Assembly (NCBI RefSeq): GCF_033153115.1
Contig: NW_026889778.1
Span: 44,764,001-44,828,000, forward strand
Length of the DNA: 64,000 nucleotides
Source of the DNA: Saccostrea echinata
Taxonomy: Eukaryota
Direction: 5' to 3'
The translations under genes were made by a program, and so were the position numbers. Below are positions 43,768 through 61,492 of this stretch, one piece after another. The notes below the pieces were generated by a model. That model worked only from the letters and a program-made list of their open reading frames with translations, was not told where the DNA came from and made no database searches. Numbering within the stretch: position 1 is the first letter of the stretch; every line of letters begins with the position of its first letter.

Positions 43768-44676
43768 TTCATATTACATGCGTTATTGAGACACAAATAA
43801 TATGTACGAGTGTTACAATGTGAATGCATGTGCTCGTAAAAGTGGCAAACGTATAAAAATCCCACATTGTTTACAACTGATTATAATAACAGAAGTAGGA
43901 TAAATAAAGAAATACAAGTAGGTATTATTATATGAATGAGAGCCAAATTTTATTCACAAATAACTTGAATGTACAACCAAGCATATATCTGAAATAACTG
44001 TATCTTCAAATATAAATAAAATACAAGCATGCGAGGTCCATCTGATGTACACAAAATCCTGGTTCATTTGTCCTCTGTATACTGAATTAATTATCAGCGT
44101 ACATTATATAATTGATAATAAAGTATCTCAATTCAGCTAATATCAATGAAACAGATAAATAAATTCAAGACCCCCCCCCCTCCCCTTTCTTTGACATTGA
44201 CATATTGGAATTTTCAATCAGTAATTATACATCAATAAAAGTGCAATGACCAAAATGCGATAATTATACATTGACAATTAATTGTCTAACATTAGTCATA
44301 ATTGTTAAACAAGAAAAAAAAGCATGTCACTCAGCGCCAGTTGGTACCTGTCATTGTCGGTAGATCGATCCCTCAAAATAATACTCAAGACAGCAGCATT
44401 ATTATTTTAATATATGATTATAATAATAAAAAAAAATTAAATAATATATACTGTTTGTGTGTGTTTATTCAATATTTCTTGTCCAAACCTAAATTCAATA
44501 CATATTTGTTGCTCTGTATATAGTTTTGAGGAAATATTACGACATAAAGGGTCTTACTCTGTTATTGTTGTGTATTTATTTTACCACTTACAACCATTCT
44601 GTATTCAACTTTGTACAGTGAATATCTGTATAACAAGTACTCAGTAAGTAAATGTCTGTCTTAACGATGTTTTAGA

Positions 44677-44716
44677 GGCATCTTTTCGAAAAATTTGGGT
44701 GGCCGTGATAACGGCC
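44677..44716 (-). terminator. H4 stem-loop plus downstream element (U4 example)
   Basis: GGCCGT-TATC-ACGGCC, 13 nt, GAAAAGATGCC. Confidence 0.9.
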
Positions 44717-44763
44717 GTTTGTGTTTGTTTTAAACTTCTGTCTTGACTGTCAAACTGAATTCT

Positions 44764-45240
<477 letters not shown>

Positions 45241-46288
45241 TGGGAATGTTTACATTTCTTGCCCCACAGGAATTTTAACCACATTTAATTAATTTTGATT
45301 CTTTAATTTCTTCACATATAGGCAAGTTTATGTTCAATTTATTCACCTAAACCAAAATATTGGTACGTGGAGGTACATATATACATTTTATACAAACTGG
45401 TATACAAAACAACAACAACAAAAAAAAAAAAAAACATGACAGAAAATGAATAAAAATGATAAAGAGAGAGAGGGGAATTATATCAAGCAGGACAGACAGC
45501 ATCATAATTTTTTAGGATAAACATACACAATTTTTTGTTTTGTTGTTGTTATTTTTTTTATTTCAGTATTTTTTGCTTTGAGTTTAACAAAATAAATACC
45601 GTTGTTGCCGAATGATAATTAAAACGTGGGTGGGTGGGTGGGGATTAAGTTATTCAAAGGAAAGGGGTGTGACAGATAACACCGAAATAATACAAAATGT
45701 AGAAGCTGAATGAAACTTTTGATTCTCATTCATTTATGATATCTAGTTATAGATGTGATCATTTATTTGATTTCCTCTTTTCTCAGTTAATTTTCAAAGG
45801 CAACTTTAAGCAGTGACCAAACCGGCTTTATAAATGAGCCTTTTTCATTTTATTACACGCCACGTTAGAACGAATATCGTTATATTTGACGTTGTTTAGA
45901 AATCAATAAAAATCATACTTTGAATATAAATGAAATACGGAATTGCAGTTCTGAAATGCATGTACTCGCATATGTGCATAGCTGTAGAACTAATGAGATA
46001 AAGTTGTAATACTGTTATTATTTTTTGCTTCGACACATTCCATCATTTTCTATTTAAATAATTGTGCTATTTTCTAATTTATTTCGCAAAATTCTTGAAT
46101 GTATTCTAGAGGGGCAGGTTGATGGACTTGTACAAAATATAGTTTCAAGATGTGTAGACAACTTCTACAACAAATTGATGATGACAATAGTACTATGAAA
46201 TTGTCTAGCATTGTGCTCTTTCATAATTTATGTAATTATATATATGCAAGGCACAGATATATTCACTGAAGGATGTATTGTGTCTCAA

Positions 46289-46320
<32 letters not shown>

Positions 46321-46419
46321 CCAATTTGGGGGCATTGTTCGCTGAATTTGATAAAATTTATTAATTTCGGCCAAATAATTCAACATTATTTTCAGAGATG
46401 TTTCAACGTCTGAACAGAA

Positions 46420-46459
46420 GGCATCTTTTCGAAGAATGTAGGTGGCCGTGAAAACGGCC
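46420..46459 (-). terminator. H3 stem-loop plus downstream element (U4 example)
   Basis: GGCCGT-TTTC-ACGGCC, 13 nt, GAAAAGATGCC. Confidence 0.92.
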
Positions 46460-46491
46460 GTTTGCTTTAGGACTTGAAATACAGCTTAAAA

Positions 46492-47110
<619 letters not shown>

Positions 47111-48127
47111 AATTGCCCCAAAAGAAAAAGAAAATCAAGTCGGTTTTTGACACATGATTTCACTGCAGATACATATAGTCAAATATTTTTTTTTAAATAT
47201 ATATATGGTGAATAATGGGGATGAATGTAACGTCAATTGAATAGAAAATAGAATTATTTATTATATATATATACATATATTTTCAATTCGTTATTGAAGC
47301 AAAATGCATTTTCGAAAAATATATATTATATATTTCTTGTCATTATTTCCTCCTACCATTATCTGAACAAGCCCAGTAATATTACTAAGTATCATGATAC
47401 TTGCAGATAATCAGAATGGTGCATATAGGATGAACAGGAATTACCCTGTTGCAAAAACAAGAACAAAACAAATAATACAAATAAATGAATAATTAATTAA
47501 ATGAATGAATAATTAAATAAATGAATGAATGAATAAATGAAAAGAATAAATAAATGAAACGAATAAGAATGTATGTATCTGTCTTTCAATAGGTACGCAT
47601 GAACTTTTATTCCATTCGTTCCACATTTGANNNNNNNNNNNNNNNNNNNNNNNNNNNNNNNNNNNNNNNNNNNNNNNNNNNNNNNNNNNNNNNNNNNNNN
47701 NNNNNNNNNNNNNNNNNNNNNNNNNNNNNNNNNNNNNNNNNNNNNNNNNNNNNNNNNNNNNNNNNNNNNNNNNNNNNNNNNNNNNNNNNNNNNNNNNNNN
47801 NNNNNNNTAATAATAATGGCCATATAGTTTGCGTAGGCGTTGTGATGTGGAAAAAGTAAAATTTTATTTACTTGAGGGAGGGTATGTAAACAAAATAAAA
47901 ACTGACTTTTGTTTCTTCTTCTTCTCAGAAACAGCATGTTAATATTATCATGACTTTGTAATTTGCTTCCAGTCGAAGACAAATAAACTATGTGTAATAG
48001 GTAAGTGTACTTCTTGTTTATTCATTTTGTGTTTCCATTAGTACATGTATGTAATAGAGGCATCTTTTCTAAAAATGTTGGTAGCCCTGAAAAGGGCTTT
48101 TGTAATTGGTTTAAGACAATTGGCAGC

Positions 48128-48715
48128 CTACGCCTTGGTGGCTTTCTTTGGGGTTTTTGACTTCTTGGCTGTGGCTTTCTTGGGCGCTTTGGTTTTCGTA
48201 GGCTTTGGAGCTGCCTTGGCTTTCTTGGGAGACTTAGTAGCTGCTTTCTTCTTGGGAGACTCGGCCTTCTTGGGTGCTGCAGGTTTCTTAACAGCCTTTT
48301 TCTTTTCTGTTGGCTTTTTCTCCCCGGTTGTCTTCTTGGGTTTGGTCGTTTTCTTGGGCTTGGCAGCCTTAGGTTTGGTGACTTTTTTGGTCTTGGGTTT
48401 CTTCTCCGTCTTGGGCTTCTCTCCCAGCTTGAAGGAACCACTGGCACCTGTACCCTTGGCCTGTTTGAGAACTCCCTTCTTGACTCCGTTCTTGAGGGCC
48501 ATCTTCAGATGGGTGTTGACACTAGAGGCGTCATTACCGACTTTGTAGTTGCCCATGATGTACTTGAGAATAGCTTGTCTCGAGGAACCTCCGCGCTCCT
48601 TCAGGGCAGCCACAGCAGCGCTGATCATCTCGATGTACTTGGGATGGGCGGGGACCGTCTTGGGTTTGGAAACCTTCTTCTTGGCGGGGGATTTTGCTGG
48701 TGCGGCGTCTGCCAT
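48128..48715 (-). CDS. H1: Histone H1 (U5)
   Basis: 195 aa. Confidence 0.97.
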   Translation of the reverse strand: MADAAPAKSPAKKKVSKPKTVPAHPKYIEMISAAVAALKERGGSSRQAILKYIMGNYKVGNDASSVNTHLKMALKNGVKKGVLKQAKGTGASGSFKLGEKPKTEKKPKTKKVTKPKAAKPKKTTKPKKTTGEKKPTEKKKAVKKPAAPKKAESPKKKAATKSPKKAKAAPKPTKTKAPKKATAKKSKTPKKATKA

Positions 48716-50901
48716 AATTTTTTTGTCCTGTTTTCTACAACTGATGTGAACGACGTTATCGACGATAAGGAAATGAATGAAATCACCTCCGCCGATGGCC
48801 TTATTTGAGTGGCGGCGAGCGCGGACCTCCGTGAAAACTCCCCAATTGTCGACAGCGTAGAGGATTGAACTCGTCCAACTTTGTGTTTCAATACCTGTAA
48901 TTTTTCCGATATTGTCCTCCCAATTTTACTTAATTTTCTCAAATATGTCACTGTGCGTTTTCTTGAAATATTTTCCTACATAACTGTTTCCGTTTAAGGT
49001 TCTTAATCTGTCATTTTAAAGGAGGAATTGTCTGTTGATTCTGAAAATGCGCTGTTCCCTGGAGCCCAGAAGCGACTAATTTTGATTAAAACACGAAAAC
49101 AAGAGGAATAGAACACGAGTAAGGGATTGAAGTACTTACTACATTGCTATGCGATAAAACATACATGTACATTTCTTTCAATTGTCTTATATGTTACTTA
49201 AAATCCGAATGAAAATGCAAACATTCGGCACAAACACGCGCACAATGGATAGTGATGTGTGCCTTGCATTTCATATGAAATGGAGAGAAAAAAAACAAAA
49301 CAAAAACAAAACAACAAAAAAAAAAAACAAACAAACAAACAAACAAAAGGGTCATATGAAGAGAAATCACGGAATCTCACAAATTGTTGAATGTTCAAAT
49401 ATATATCTAATATACTTTCTAGATCAGTGGATGTTCACCCCCTTAAAGGGACAACATATAATTTCTTTTCGAATATTTAAATACATGACACCTACTTTAT
49501 AATTATAACACCGAGGACACCGGGAAGATCCAGACCGTACGTAACGTACCACATTCGGTGGTACAACGTCTGAATTTCTCAGTATAATTATATCATAAGA
49601 ATATACATAACTGACATCCTTGTAAATTACATGAAAAAAAAAAAATCACATAAAAAGGGCGTGTATTTAATAATTGTAGAACACTCACTTAATTAGTAGT
49701 TATACATAAGAGAGAGACAGAGAGAGACGAACAAGGCGAATCATGGGAGTAGCTTATTCATTGATATTAATTTGTTTCTTGTAATTTACACACACAAATA
49801 ATTGAGTACATGTAAATAAACAGAATGTGGTCAAAAGCCAATGTATTTAAAATCTATATCTTTCAAGTTGAACAAGACAACCAGTATATAATACAAGACA
49901 ATACAATACATTGATACAAGCATCAAATTGGTTGCACACTTTCCACGTGCAGATCATGATTCCCTGCATCTATATGTCACGTGACGATGCAGATGTGCTG
50001 CACGGCGCAGTGATGGACATCGCAATAAATGTAAAGTGTTAAAAAAAATGTCGTTTAGTCATTCGCATCGGTAGTCTATTCGAAAGAAAATTTACTACCA
50101 GTTTTTAATTGTGTTAGTACTGTAAGTATCCGGAAACTGGCATCGAGTTGCTTTTATTCACTCTTATTATGGGAAGCACACTTTTTTGAATAAGAACATT
50201 CAAGACATAATATAAACCACATCTTCTTATTCTTATGAGATTCTTATATTCATCACTTTTATCTATTTTATCAATTAGGAATTTTGTCTAAATAATCATC
50301 ATATAAAACAATAGCGAGGGGGAAAAAAAAAAGAAGAAGAAACATTAAGGATTTAACTGGAGTTACAGATCTTTTGAATATGTTAATAAAATAATGATCA
50401 TATTTAAAAATATTTGTATTAAAGGAAAAAATTGAAAGTTAGATCGCCATGTTAGATGATTTCCGCAGTTTCTAGTCTTAATTGGTCAATGAAATGGGTT
50501 TTTTTTTTTCTTTTCTTATCTCTTTGTTGAGTGAGCATTCAAGTAATAAGTGAGAATTCAACATTTGTACGCAGGCCTATAAGGTTTGGATTCAACTGCC
50601 TATAACGAGAAAGAAAAAACGTACATATACGAATATACATGCGAGTCAATTTTTAAATTTATTGCTTTTGTTATTGACTTAATACATTTATTTATCATTA
50701 AATATATAACACTTTCTTTGATGTTTGATCTCTGTTCTGTGTTGAAAATTATTGAATTCGTGTGTTTCTATTATTTTCTAGCTATAATAATTGTTTACGT
50801 TTCAACTCGTTTGTAATGTAGGTATCTTTTCGAAAAGCTTATGTGGCCGTGAAAACGGCCGTTTGGTTTTGTGCTGCACACAACACAACTATAGGATCTT
50901 T

Positions 50902-51288
<387 letters not shown>

Positions 51289-51534
51289 TTATGTTCTTTC
51301 GTGTACAGTCAACGAATAATCCAGCGACGCCCGCACGCACCAATTTAAACAACCAAGCGGATCCAACGGTGCAGCCAATTAACGCGTCGCTCTGTTGTGC
51401 CTTTAGGTGAAATCCGAACAAGTAATGTTTTCTCGGAGGTCCGTAACAAGCTTCTCCTCCTACTCGCATATAAATAGTAAATTTTACCATTTCACTTTAT
51501 TCATCTCTTCAGTTTGACCTGTCAACTTGAGATC

Positions 51535-51906
51535 ATGCCACCCAAAGTCGGATCCAAAGGCGCCAAGAAAGCAGTCACCAAGGCCAAGACACCGAGGAGC
51601 ACAGACAAGAAAAGGAGGAAGAGGAGGAGGGAATCTTATGCCATTTACATCTACAAAGTCCTAAAGCAGGTGCACCCTGACACTGGTGTTTCCAGCAAGG
51701 CCATGAGCATAATGAACTCCTTCGTCAACGATATCTTTGAGAGAATCGCTGCCGAAGCCTCTCGTTTGGCCCACTACAACAAGCGATCTACAATCACAAG
51801 CAGAGAGGTCCAGACTGCTGTCCGTCTCCTTCTGCCCGGTGAACTGGCCAAGCACGCCGTATCTGAGGGCACCAAAGCCGTCACCAAGTACACCAGCAGC
51901 AAATAA
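51535..51906 (+). CDS. H2B: Histone H2B (U5)
   Basis: 123 aa. Confidence 0.98.
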   Translation: MPPKVGSKGAKKAVTKAKTPRSTDKKRRKRRRESYAIYIYKVLKQVHPDTGVSSKAMSIMNSFVNDIFERIAAEASRLAHYNKRSTITSREVQTAVRLLLPGELAKHAVSEGTKAVTKYTSSK

Positions 51907-52969
51907 TCTCATTTTGCAAGTACACACACCAAACGGCCCTTTTAAGGGCCAACTAATTTTTTAGAAAAGATACCTTCATATTACATGCGTTATTGAGACA
52001 CAAATAATATGTACGAGTGTTACAATGTGAATGCATGTGCTCGTAAAAGTGGCAAACGTATAAAAATCCCACATTGTTTACAACTGATTATAATAACAGA
52101 AGTAGGATAAATAAAGAAATACAAGTAGGTATTATTATATGAATGAGAGCCAAATTTTATTCACAAATAACTTGAATGTACAACCAAGCATATATCTGAA
52201 ATAACTGTATCTTCAAATATAAATAAAATACAAGCATGCGAGGTCCATCTGATGTACACAAAATCCTGGTTCATTTGTCCTCTGTATACTGAATTAATTA
52301 TCAGCGTACATTATATAATTGATAATAAAGTATCTCAATTCAGCTAATATCAATGAAACAGATAAATAAATTCAAGACCCCCCCCCTCCCCTTTCTTTGA
52401 CATTGACATATTGGAATTTTCAATCAGTAATTATACATCAATAAAAGTGCAATGACCAAAATGCGATAATTATACATTGACAATTAATTGTCTAACATTA
52501 GTCATAATTGTTAAACAAGAAAAAAAAGCATGTCACTCAGCGCCAGTTGGTACCTGTCATTGTCGGTAGATCGATCCCTCAAAATAATACTCAAGACAGC
52601 AGCATTATTATTTTAATATATGATTATAATAATAAAAAAAAATTAAATAATATATACTGTTTGTGTGTGTTTATTCAATATTTCTTGTCCAAACCTAAAT
52701 TCAATACATATTTGTTGCTCTGTATATAGTTTTGAGGAAATATTACGACATAAAGGGTCTTACTCTGTTATTGTTGTGTATTTATTTTACCACTTACAAC
52801 CATTCTGTATTCAACTTTGTACAGTGAATATCTGTATAACAAGTACTCAGTAAGTAAATGTCTGTCTTAACGATGTTTTAGAGGCATCTTTTCGAAAAAT
52901 TTGGGTGGCCGTGATAACGGCCGTTTGTGTTTGTTTTAAACTTCTGTCTTGACTGTCAAACTGAATTCT

Positions 52970-53290
<321 letters not shown>

Positions 53291-54691
53291 TCAGTCAGTA
53301 GTACTGTTCTGATGAACTGATCATGCGTAATTGCCTAATTTATAGTCCAAATTGAGGACCCGTGAGAGCGCACGATGCTTTGAAAAGTTCGGAACGTTAC
53401 CAAAGCGGTATTGTGACAAGCTTTACGATTGGTCAGCTTGGCATGATGGGAATGTTTACATTTCTTGCCCCACAGGAATTTTAACCACATTTAATTAATT
53501 TTGATTCTTTAATTTCTTCACATATAGGCAAGTTTATGTTCAATTTATTCACCTAAACCAAAATATTGGTACGTGGAGGTACATATATACATTTTATACA
53601 AACTGGTATACAAAACAACAACAACAAAAAAAAAAACATGACAGAAAATGAATAAAAATGATAAAGAGAGAGAGGGGAATTATATCAAGCAGGACAGACA
53701 GCATCATAATTTTTTAGGATAAACATACACAATTTTTTGTTTTGTTGTTGTTATTTTTTTTATTTCAGTATTTTTTGCTTTGAGTTTAACAAAATAAATA
53801 CCGTTGTTGCCGAATGATAATTAAAACGTGGGTGGGTGGGTGGGGATTAAGTTATTCAAAGGAAAGGGGTGTGACAGATAACACCGAAATAATACAAAAT
53901 GTAGAAGCTGAATGAAACTTTTGATTCTCATTCATTTATGATATCTAGTTATAGATGTGATCATTTATTTGATTTCCTCTTTTCTCAGTTAATTTTCAAA
54001 GGCAACTTTAAGCAGTGACCAAACCGGCTTTATAAATGAGCCTTTTTCATTTTATTACACGCCACGTTAGAACGAATATCGTTATATTTGACGTTGTTTA
54101 GAAATCAATAAAAATCATACTTTGAATATAAATGAAATACGGAATTGCAGTTCTGAAATGCATGTACTCGCATATGTGCATAGCTGTAGAACTAATGAGA
54201 TAAAGTTGTAATACTGTTATTATTTTTTGCTTCGACACATTCCATCATTTTCTATTTAAATAATTGTGCTATTTTCTAATTTATTTCGCAAAATTCTTGA
54301 ATGTATTCTAGAGGGGCAGGTTGATGGACTTGTACAAAATATAGTTTCAAGATGTGTAGACAACTTCTACAACAAATTGATGATGACAATAGTACTATGA
54401 AATTGTCTAGCATTGTGCTCTTTCATAATTTATGTAATTATATATATGCAAGGCACAGATATATTCACTGAAGGATGTATTGTGTCTCAACATTTTTTTT
54501 TTTTTTTTTTTTTTTTTTTTCCAATTTGGGGGCATTGTTCGCTGAATTTGATAAAATTTATTAATTTCGGCCAAATAATTCAACATTATTTTCAGAGATG
54601 TTTCAACGTCTGAACAGAAGGCATCTTTTCGAAGAATGTAGGTGGGCGTGAAAACGGCCGTTTGCTTTAGGACTTGAAATACAGCTTAAAA

Positions 54692-55111
<420 letters not shown>

Positions 55112-56328
55112 TCAGATTATTCAAACTCGAATGAATGAAGTGGCAGTGTTGCGCCGTGAACTTATATATCTTTGTAAGCTCAAGTTGAAAATCGCTGCGG
55201 TCTACCAGTCGGCTTAGTCGATTGGCTGGTGCCCGCAGTAACACTCGCTACGATTAGTCAGGTGAACGAGATGACCATTGGCTACGTCTGTAGGTAGTTT
55301 CAATCCACAGAATTGCCCCAAAAGAAAAAGAAAATCAAGTCGGTTTTTGACACATGATTTCACTGCAGATACATATAGTCAAATATTTTTTTTTTAAATA
55401 TATATATGGTGAATAATGGGGATGAATGTAACGTCAATTGAATAGAAAATAGAATTATTTATTATATATATATACATATATTTTCAATTCGTTATTGAAG
55501 CAAAATGCATTTTCGAAAAATATATATTATATATTTCTTGTCATTATTTCCTCCTACCATTATCTGAACAAGCCCAGTAATATTACTAAGTATCATGATA
55601 CTTGCAGATAATCAGAATGGTGCATATAGGATGAACAGGAATTACCCTGTTGCAAAAACAAGAACAAAACAAATAATACAAATAAATGAATAATTAATTA
55701 AATGAATGAATAATTAAATAAATGAATGAATGAATAAATGAAAAGAATAAATAAATGAAACGAATAAGAATGTATGTATCTGTCTTTCAATAGGTACGCA
55801 TGAACTTTTATTCCATTCGTTCCACATTTGANNNNNNNNNNNNNNNNNNNNNNNNNNNNNNNNNNNNNNNNNNNNNNNNNNNNNNNNNNNNNNNNNNNNN
55901 NNNNNNNNNNNNNNNNNNNNNNNNNNNNNNNNNNNNNNNNNNNNNNNNNNNNNNNNNNNNNNNNNNNNNNNNNNNNNNNNNNNNNNNNNNNNNNNNNNNN
56001 NNNNNNNNTAATAATAATGGCCATATAGTTTGCGTAGGCGTTGTGATGTGGAAAAAGTAAAATTTTATTTACTTGAGGGAGGGTATGTAAACAAAATAAA
56101 AACTGACTTTTGTTTCTTCTTCTTCTCAGAAACAGCATGTTAATATTATCATGACTTTGTAATTTGCTTCCAGTCGAAGACAAATAAACTATGTGTAATA
56201 GGTAAGTGTACTTCTTGTTTATTCATTTTGTGTTTCCATTAGTACATGTATGTAATAGAGGCATCTTTTCTAAAAATGTTGGTAGCCCTGAAAAGGGCTT
56301 TTGTAATTGGTTTAAGACAATTGGCAGC

Positions 56329-56916
56329 CTACGCCTTGGTGGCTTTCTTTGGGGTTTTTGACTTCTTGGCTGTGGCTTTCTTGGGCGCTTTGGTTTTCGT
56401 AGGCTTTGGAGCTGCCTTGGCTTTCTTGGGAGACTTAGTAGCTGCTTTCTTCTTGGGAGACTCGGCCTTCTTGGGTGCTGCAGGTTTCTTAACAGCCTTT
56501 TTCTTTTCTGTTGGCTTTTTCTCCCCGGTTGTCTTCTTGGGTTTGGTCGTTTTCTTGGGCTTGGCAGCCTTAGGTTTGGTGACTTTTTTGGTCTTGGGTT
56601 TCTTCTCCGTCTTGGGCTTCTCTCCCAGCTTGAAGGAACCACTGGCACCTGTACCCTTGGCCTGTTTGAGAACTCCCTTCTTGACTCCGTTCTTGAGGGC
56701 CATCTTCAGATGGGTGTTGACACTAGAGGCGTCATTACCGACTTTGTAGTTGCCCATGATGTACTTGAGAATAGCTTGTCTCGAGGAACCTCCGCGCTCC
56801 TTCAGGGCAGCCACAGCAGCGCTGATCATCTCGATGTACTTGGGATGGGCGGGGACCGTCTTGGGTTTGGAAACCTTCTTCTTGGCGGGGGATTTTGCTG
56901 GTGCGGCGTCTGCCAT
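56329..56916 (-). CDS. H1: Histone H1 (U6)
   Basis: 195 aa. Confidence 0.97.
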   Translation of the reverse strand: MADAAPAKSPAKKKVSKPKTVPAHPKYIEMISAAVAALKERGGSSRQAILKYIMGNYKVGNDASSVNTHLKMALKNGVKKGVLKQAKGTGASGSFKLGEKPKTEKKPKTKKVTKPKAAKPKKTTKPKKTTGEKKPTEKKKAVKKPAAPKKAESPKKKAATKSPKKAKAAPKPTKTKAPKKATAKKSKTPKKATKA

Positions 56917-59102
56917 AATTTTTTTGTCCTGTTTTCTACAACTGATGTGAACGACGTTATCGACGATAAGGAAATGAATGAAATCACCTCCGCCGATGGC
57001 CTTATTTGAGTGGCGGCGAGCGCGGACCTCCGTGAAAACTCCCCAATTGTCGACAGCGTAGAGGATTGAACTCGTCCAACTTTGTGTTTCAATACCTGTA
57101 ATTTTTCCGATATTGTCCTCCCAATTTTACTTAATTTTCTCAAATATGTCACTGTGCGTTTTCTTGAAATATTTTCCTACATAACTGTTTCCGTTTAAGG
57201 TTCTTAATCTGTCATTTTAAAGGAGGAATTGTCTGTTGATTCTGAAAATGCGCTGTTCCCTGGAGCCCAGAAGCGACTAATTTTGATTAAAACACGAAAA
57301 CAAGAGGAATAGAACACGAGTAAGGGATTGAAGTACTTACTACATTGCTATGCGATAAAACATACATGTACATTTCTTTCAATTGTCTTATATGTTACTT
57401 AAAATCCGAATGAAAATGCAAACATTCGGCACAAACACGCGCACAATGGATAGTGATGTGTGCCTTGCATTTCATATGAAATGGAGAGAAAAAAAACAAA
57501 ACAAAAACAAAACAACAAAAAAAAAAAACAAACAAACAAACAAACAAAAGGGTCATATGAAGAGAAATCACGGAATCTCACAAATTGTTGAATGTTCAAA
57601 TATATATCTAATATACTTTCTAGATCAGTGGATGTTCACCCCCTTAAAGGGACAACATATAATTTCTTTTCGAATATTTAAATACATGACACCTACTTTA
57701 TAATTATAACACCGAGGACACCGGGAAGATCCAGACCGTACGTAACGTACCACATTCGGTGGTACAACGTCTGAATTTCTCAGTATAATTATATCATAAG
57801 AATATACATAACTGACATCCTTGTAAATTACATGAAAAAAAAAAAAATCACATAAAAAGGGCGTGTATTTAATAATTGTAGAACACTCACTTAATTAGTA
57901 GTTATACATAAGAGAGAGACAGAGAGAGACGAACAAGGCGAATCATGGGAGTAGCTTATTCATTGATATTAATTTGTTTCTTGTAATTTACACACACAAA
58001 TAATTGAGTACATGTAAATAAATAGAATGTGGTCAAAAGCCAATGTATTTAAAATCTATATCTTTCAAGTTGAACAAGACAACCAGTATATAATACAAGA
58101 CAATACAATACATTGATACAAGCATCAAATTGGTTGCACACTTTCCACGTGCAGATCATGATTCCCTGCATCTATATGTCACGTGACGATGCAGATGTGC
58201 TGCACGGCGCAGTGATGGACATCGCAATAAATGTAAAGTGTTAAAAAAAATGTCGTTTAGTCATTCGCATCGGTAGTCTATTCGAAAGAAAATTTACTAC
58301 CAGTGTTTAATTGTGTTAGTACTGTAAGTATCCGGAAACTGGCATCGAGTTGCTTTTATTCACTCTTATTATGGGAAGCACACTTTTTTGAATAAGAACA
58401 TTCAAGACATAATATAAACCACATCTTCTTATTCTTATGAGATTCTTATATTCATCACTTTTATCTATTTTATCAATTAGGAATTTTGTCTAAATAATCA
58501 TCATATAAAACAATAGCGAGGGGGAAAAAAAAAAGAAGAAGAAACATTAAGGATTTAACTGGAGTTACAGATCTTTTGAATATGTTAATAAAATAATGAT
58601 CATATTTAAAAATATTTGTATTAAAGGAAAAAATTGAAAGTTAGATCGCCATGTTAGATGATTTCCGCAGTTTCTAGTCTTAATTGGTCAATGAAATGGG
58701 TTTTTTTTTTCTTTTCTTATCTCTTTGTTGAGTGAGCATTCAAGTAATAAGTGAGAATTCAACATTTGTACGCAGGCCTATAAGGTTTGGATTCAACTGC
58801 CTATAACGAGAAAGAAAAAACGTACATATACGAATATACATGCGAGTCAATTTTTAAATTTATTGCTTTTGTTATTGACTTAATACATTTATTTATCATT
58901 AAATATATAACACTTTCTTTGATGTTTGATCTCTGTTCTGTGTTGAAAATTATTGAATTCGTGTGTTTCTATTATTTTCTAGCTATAATAATTGTTTACG
59001 TTTCAACTCGTTTGTAATGTAGGTATCTTTTCGAAAAGCTTATGTGGCCGTGAAAACGGCCGTTTGGTTTTGTGCTGCACACAACACAACTATAGGATCT
59101 TT

Positions 59103-59489
<387 letters not shown>

Positions 59490-59735
59490 TTATGTTCTTT
59501 CGTGTACAGTCAACGAATAATCCAGCGACGCCCGCACGCACCAATTTAAACAACCAAGCGGATCCAACGGTGCAGCCAATTAACGCGTCGCTCTGTTGTG
59601 CCTTTAGGTGAAATCCGAACAAGTAATGTTTTCTCGGAGGTCCGTAACAAGCTTCTCCTCCTACTCGCATATAAATAGTAAATTTTACCATTTCACTTTA
59701 TTCATCTCTTCAGTTTGACCTGTCAACTTGAGATC

Positions 59736-60107
59736 ATGCCACCCAAAGTCGGATCCAAAGGCGCCAAGAAAGCAGTCACCAAGGCCAAGACACCGAGGAG
59801 CACAGACAAGAAAAGGAGGAAGAGGAGGAGGGAATCTTATGCCATTTACATCTACAAAGTCCTAAAGCAGGTGCACCCTGACACTGGTGTTTCCAGCAAG
59901 GCCATGAGCATAATGAACTCCTTCGTCAACGATATCTTTGAGAGAATCGCTGCCGAAGCCTCTCGTTTGGCCCACTACAACAAGCGATCTACAATCACAA
60001 GCAGAGAGGTCCAGACTGCTGTCCGTCTCCTTCTGCCCGGTGAACTGGCCAAGCACGCCGTATCTGAGGGCACCAAAGCCGTCACCAAGTACACCAGCAG
60101 CAAATAA
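59736..60107 (+). CDS. H2B: Histone H2B (U6)
   Basis: 123 aa. Confidence 0.98.
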   Translation: MPPKVGSKGAKKAVTKAKTPRSTDKKRRKRRRESYAIYIYKVLKQVHPDTGVSSKAMSIMNSFVNDIFERIAAEASRLAHYNKRSTITSREVQTAVRLLLPGELAKHAVSEGTKAVTKYTSSK

Positions 60108-61171
60108 TCTCATTTTGCAAGTACACACACCAAACGGCCCTTTTAAGGGCCAACTAATTTTTTAGAAAAGATACCTTCATATTACATGCGTTATTGAGAC
60201 ACAAATAATATGTACGAGTGTTACAATGTGAATGCATGTGCTCGTAAAAGTGGCAAACGTATAAAAATCCCACATTGTTTACAACTGATTATAATAACAG
60301 AAGTAGGATAAATAAAGAAATACAAGTAGGTATTATTATATGAATGAGAGCCAAATTTTATTCACAAATAACTTGAATGTACAACCAAGCATATATCTGA
60401 AATAACTGTATCTTCAAATATAAATAAAATACAAGCATGCGAGGTCCATCTGATGTACACAAAATCCTGGTTCATTTGTCCTCTGTATACTGAATTAATT
60501 ATCAGCGTACATTATATAATTGATAATAAAGTATCTCAATTCAGCTAATATCAATGAAACAGATAAATAAATTCAAGACCCCCCCCCCTCCCCTTTCTTT
60601 GACATTGACATATTGGAATTTTCAATCAGTAATTATACATCAATAAAAGCGCAATGACCAAAATGCGATAATTATACATTGACAATTAATTGTCTAACAT
60701 TAGTCATAATTGTTAAACAAGAAAAAAAAGCATGTCACTCAGCGCCAGTTGGTACCTGTCATTGTCGGTAGATCGATCCCTCAAAATAATACTCAAGACA
60801 GCAGCATTATTATTTTAATATATGATTATAATAATAAAAAAAAATTAAATAATATATACTGTTTGTGTGTGTTTATTCAATATTTCTTGTCCAAACCTAA
60901 ATTCAATACATATTTGTTGCTCTGTATATAGTTTTGAGGAAATATTACGACATAAAGGGTCTTACTCTGTTATTGTTGTGTATTTATTTTACCACTTACA
61001 ACCATTCTGTATTCAACTTTGTACAGTGAATATCTGTATAACAAGTACTCAGTAAGTAAATGTCTGTCTTAACGATGTTTTAGAGGCATCTTTTCGAAAA
61101 ATTTGGGTGGCCGTGATAACGGCCGTTTGTGTTTGTTTTAAACTTCTGTCTTGACTGTCAAACTGAATTCT

Positions 61172-61492
<321 letters not shown>

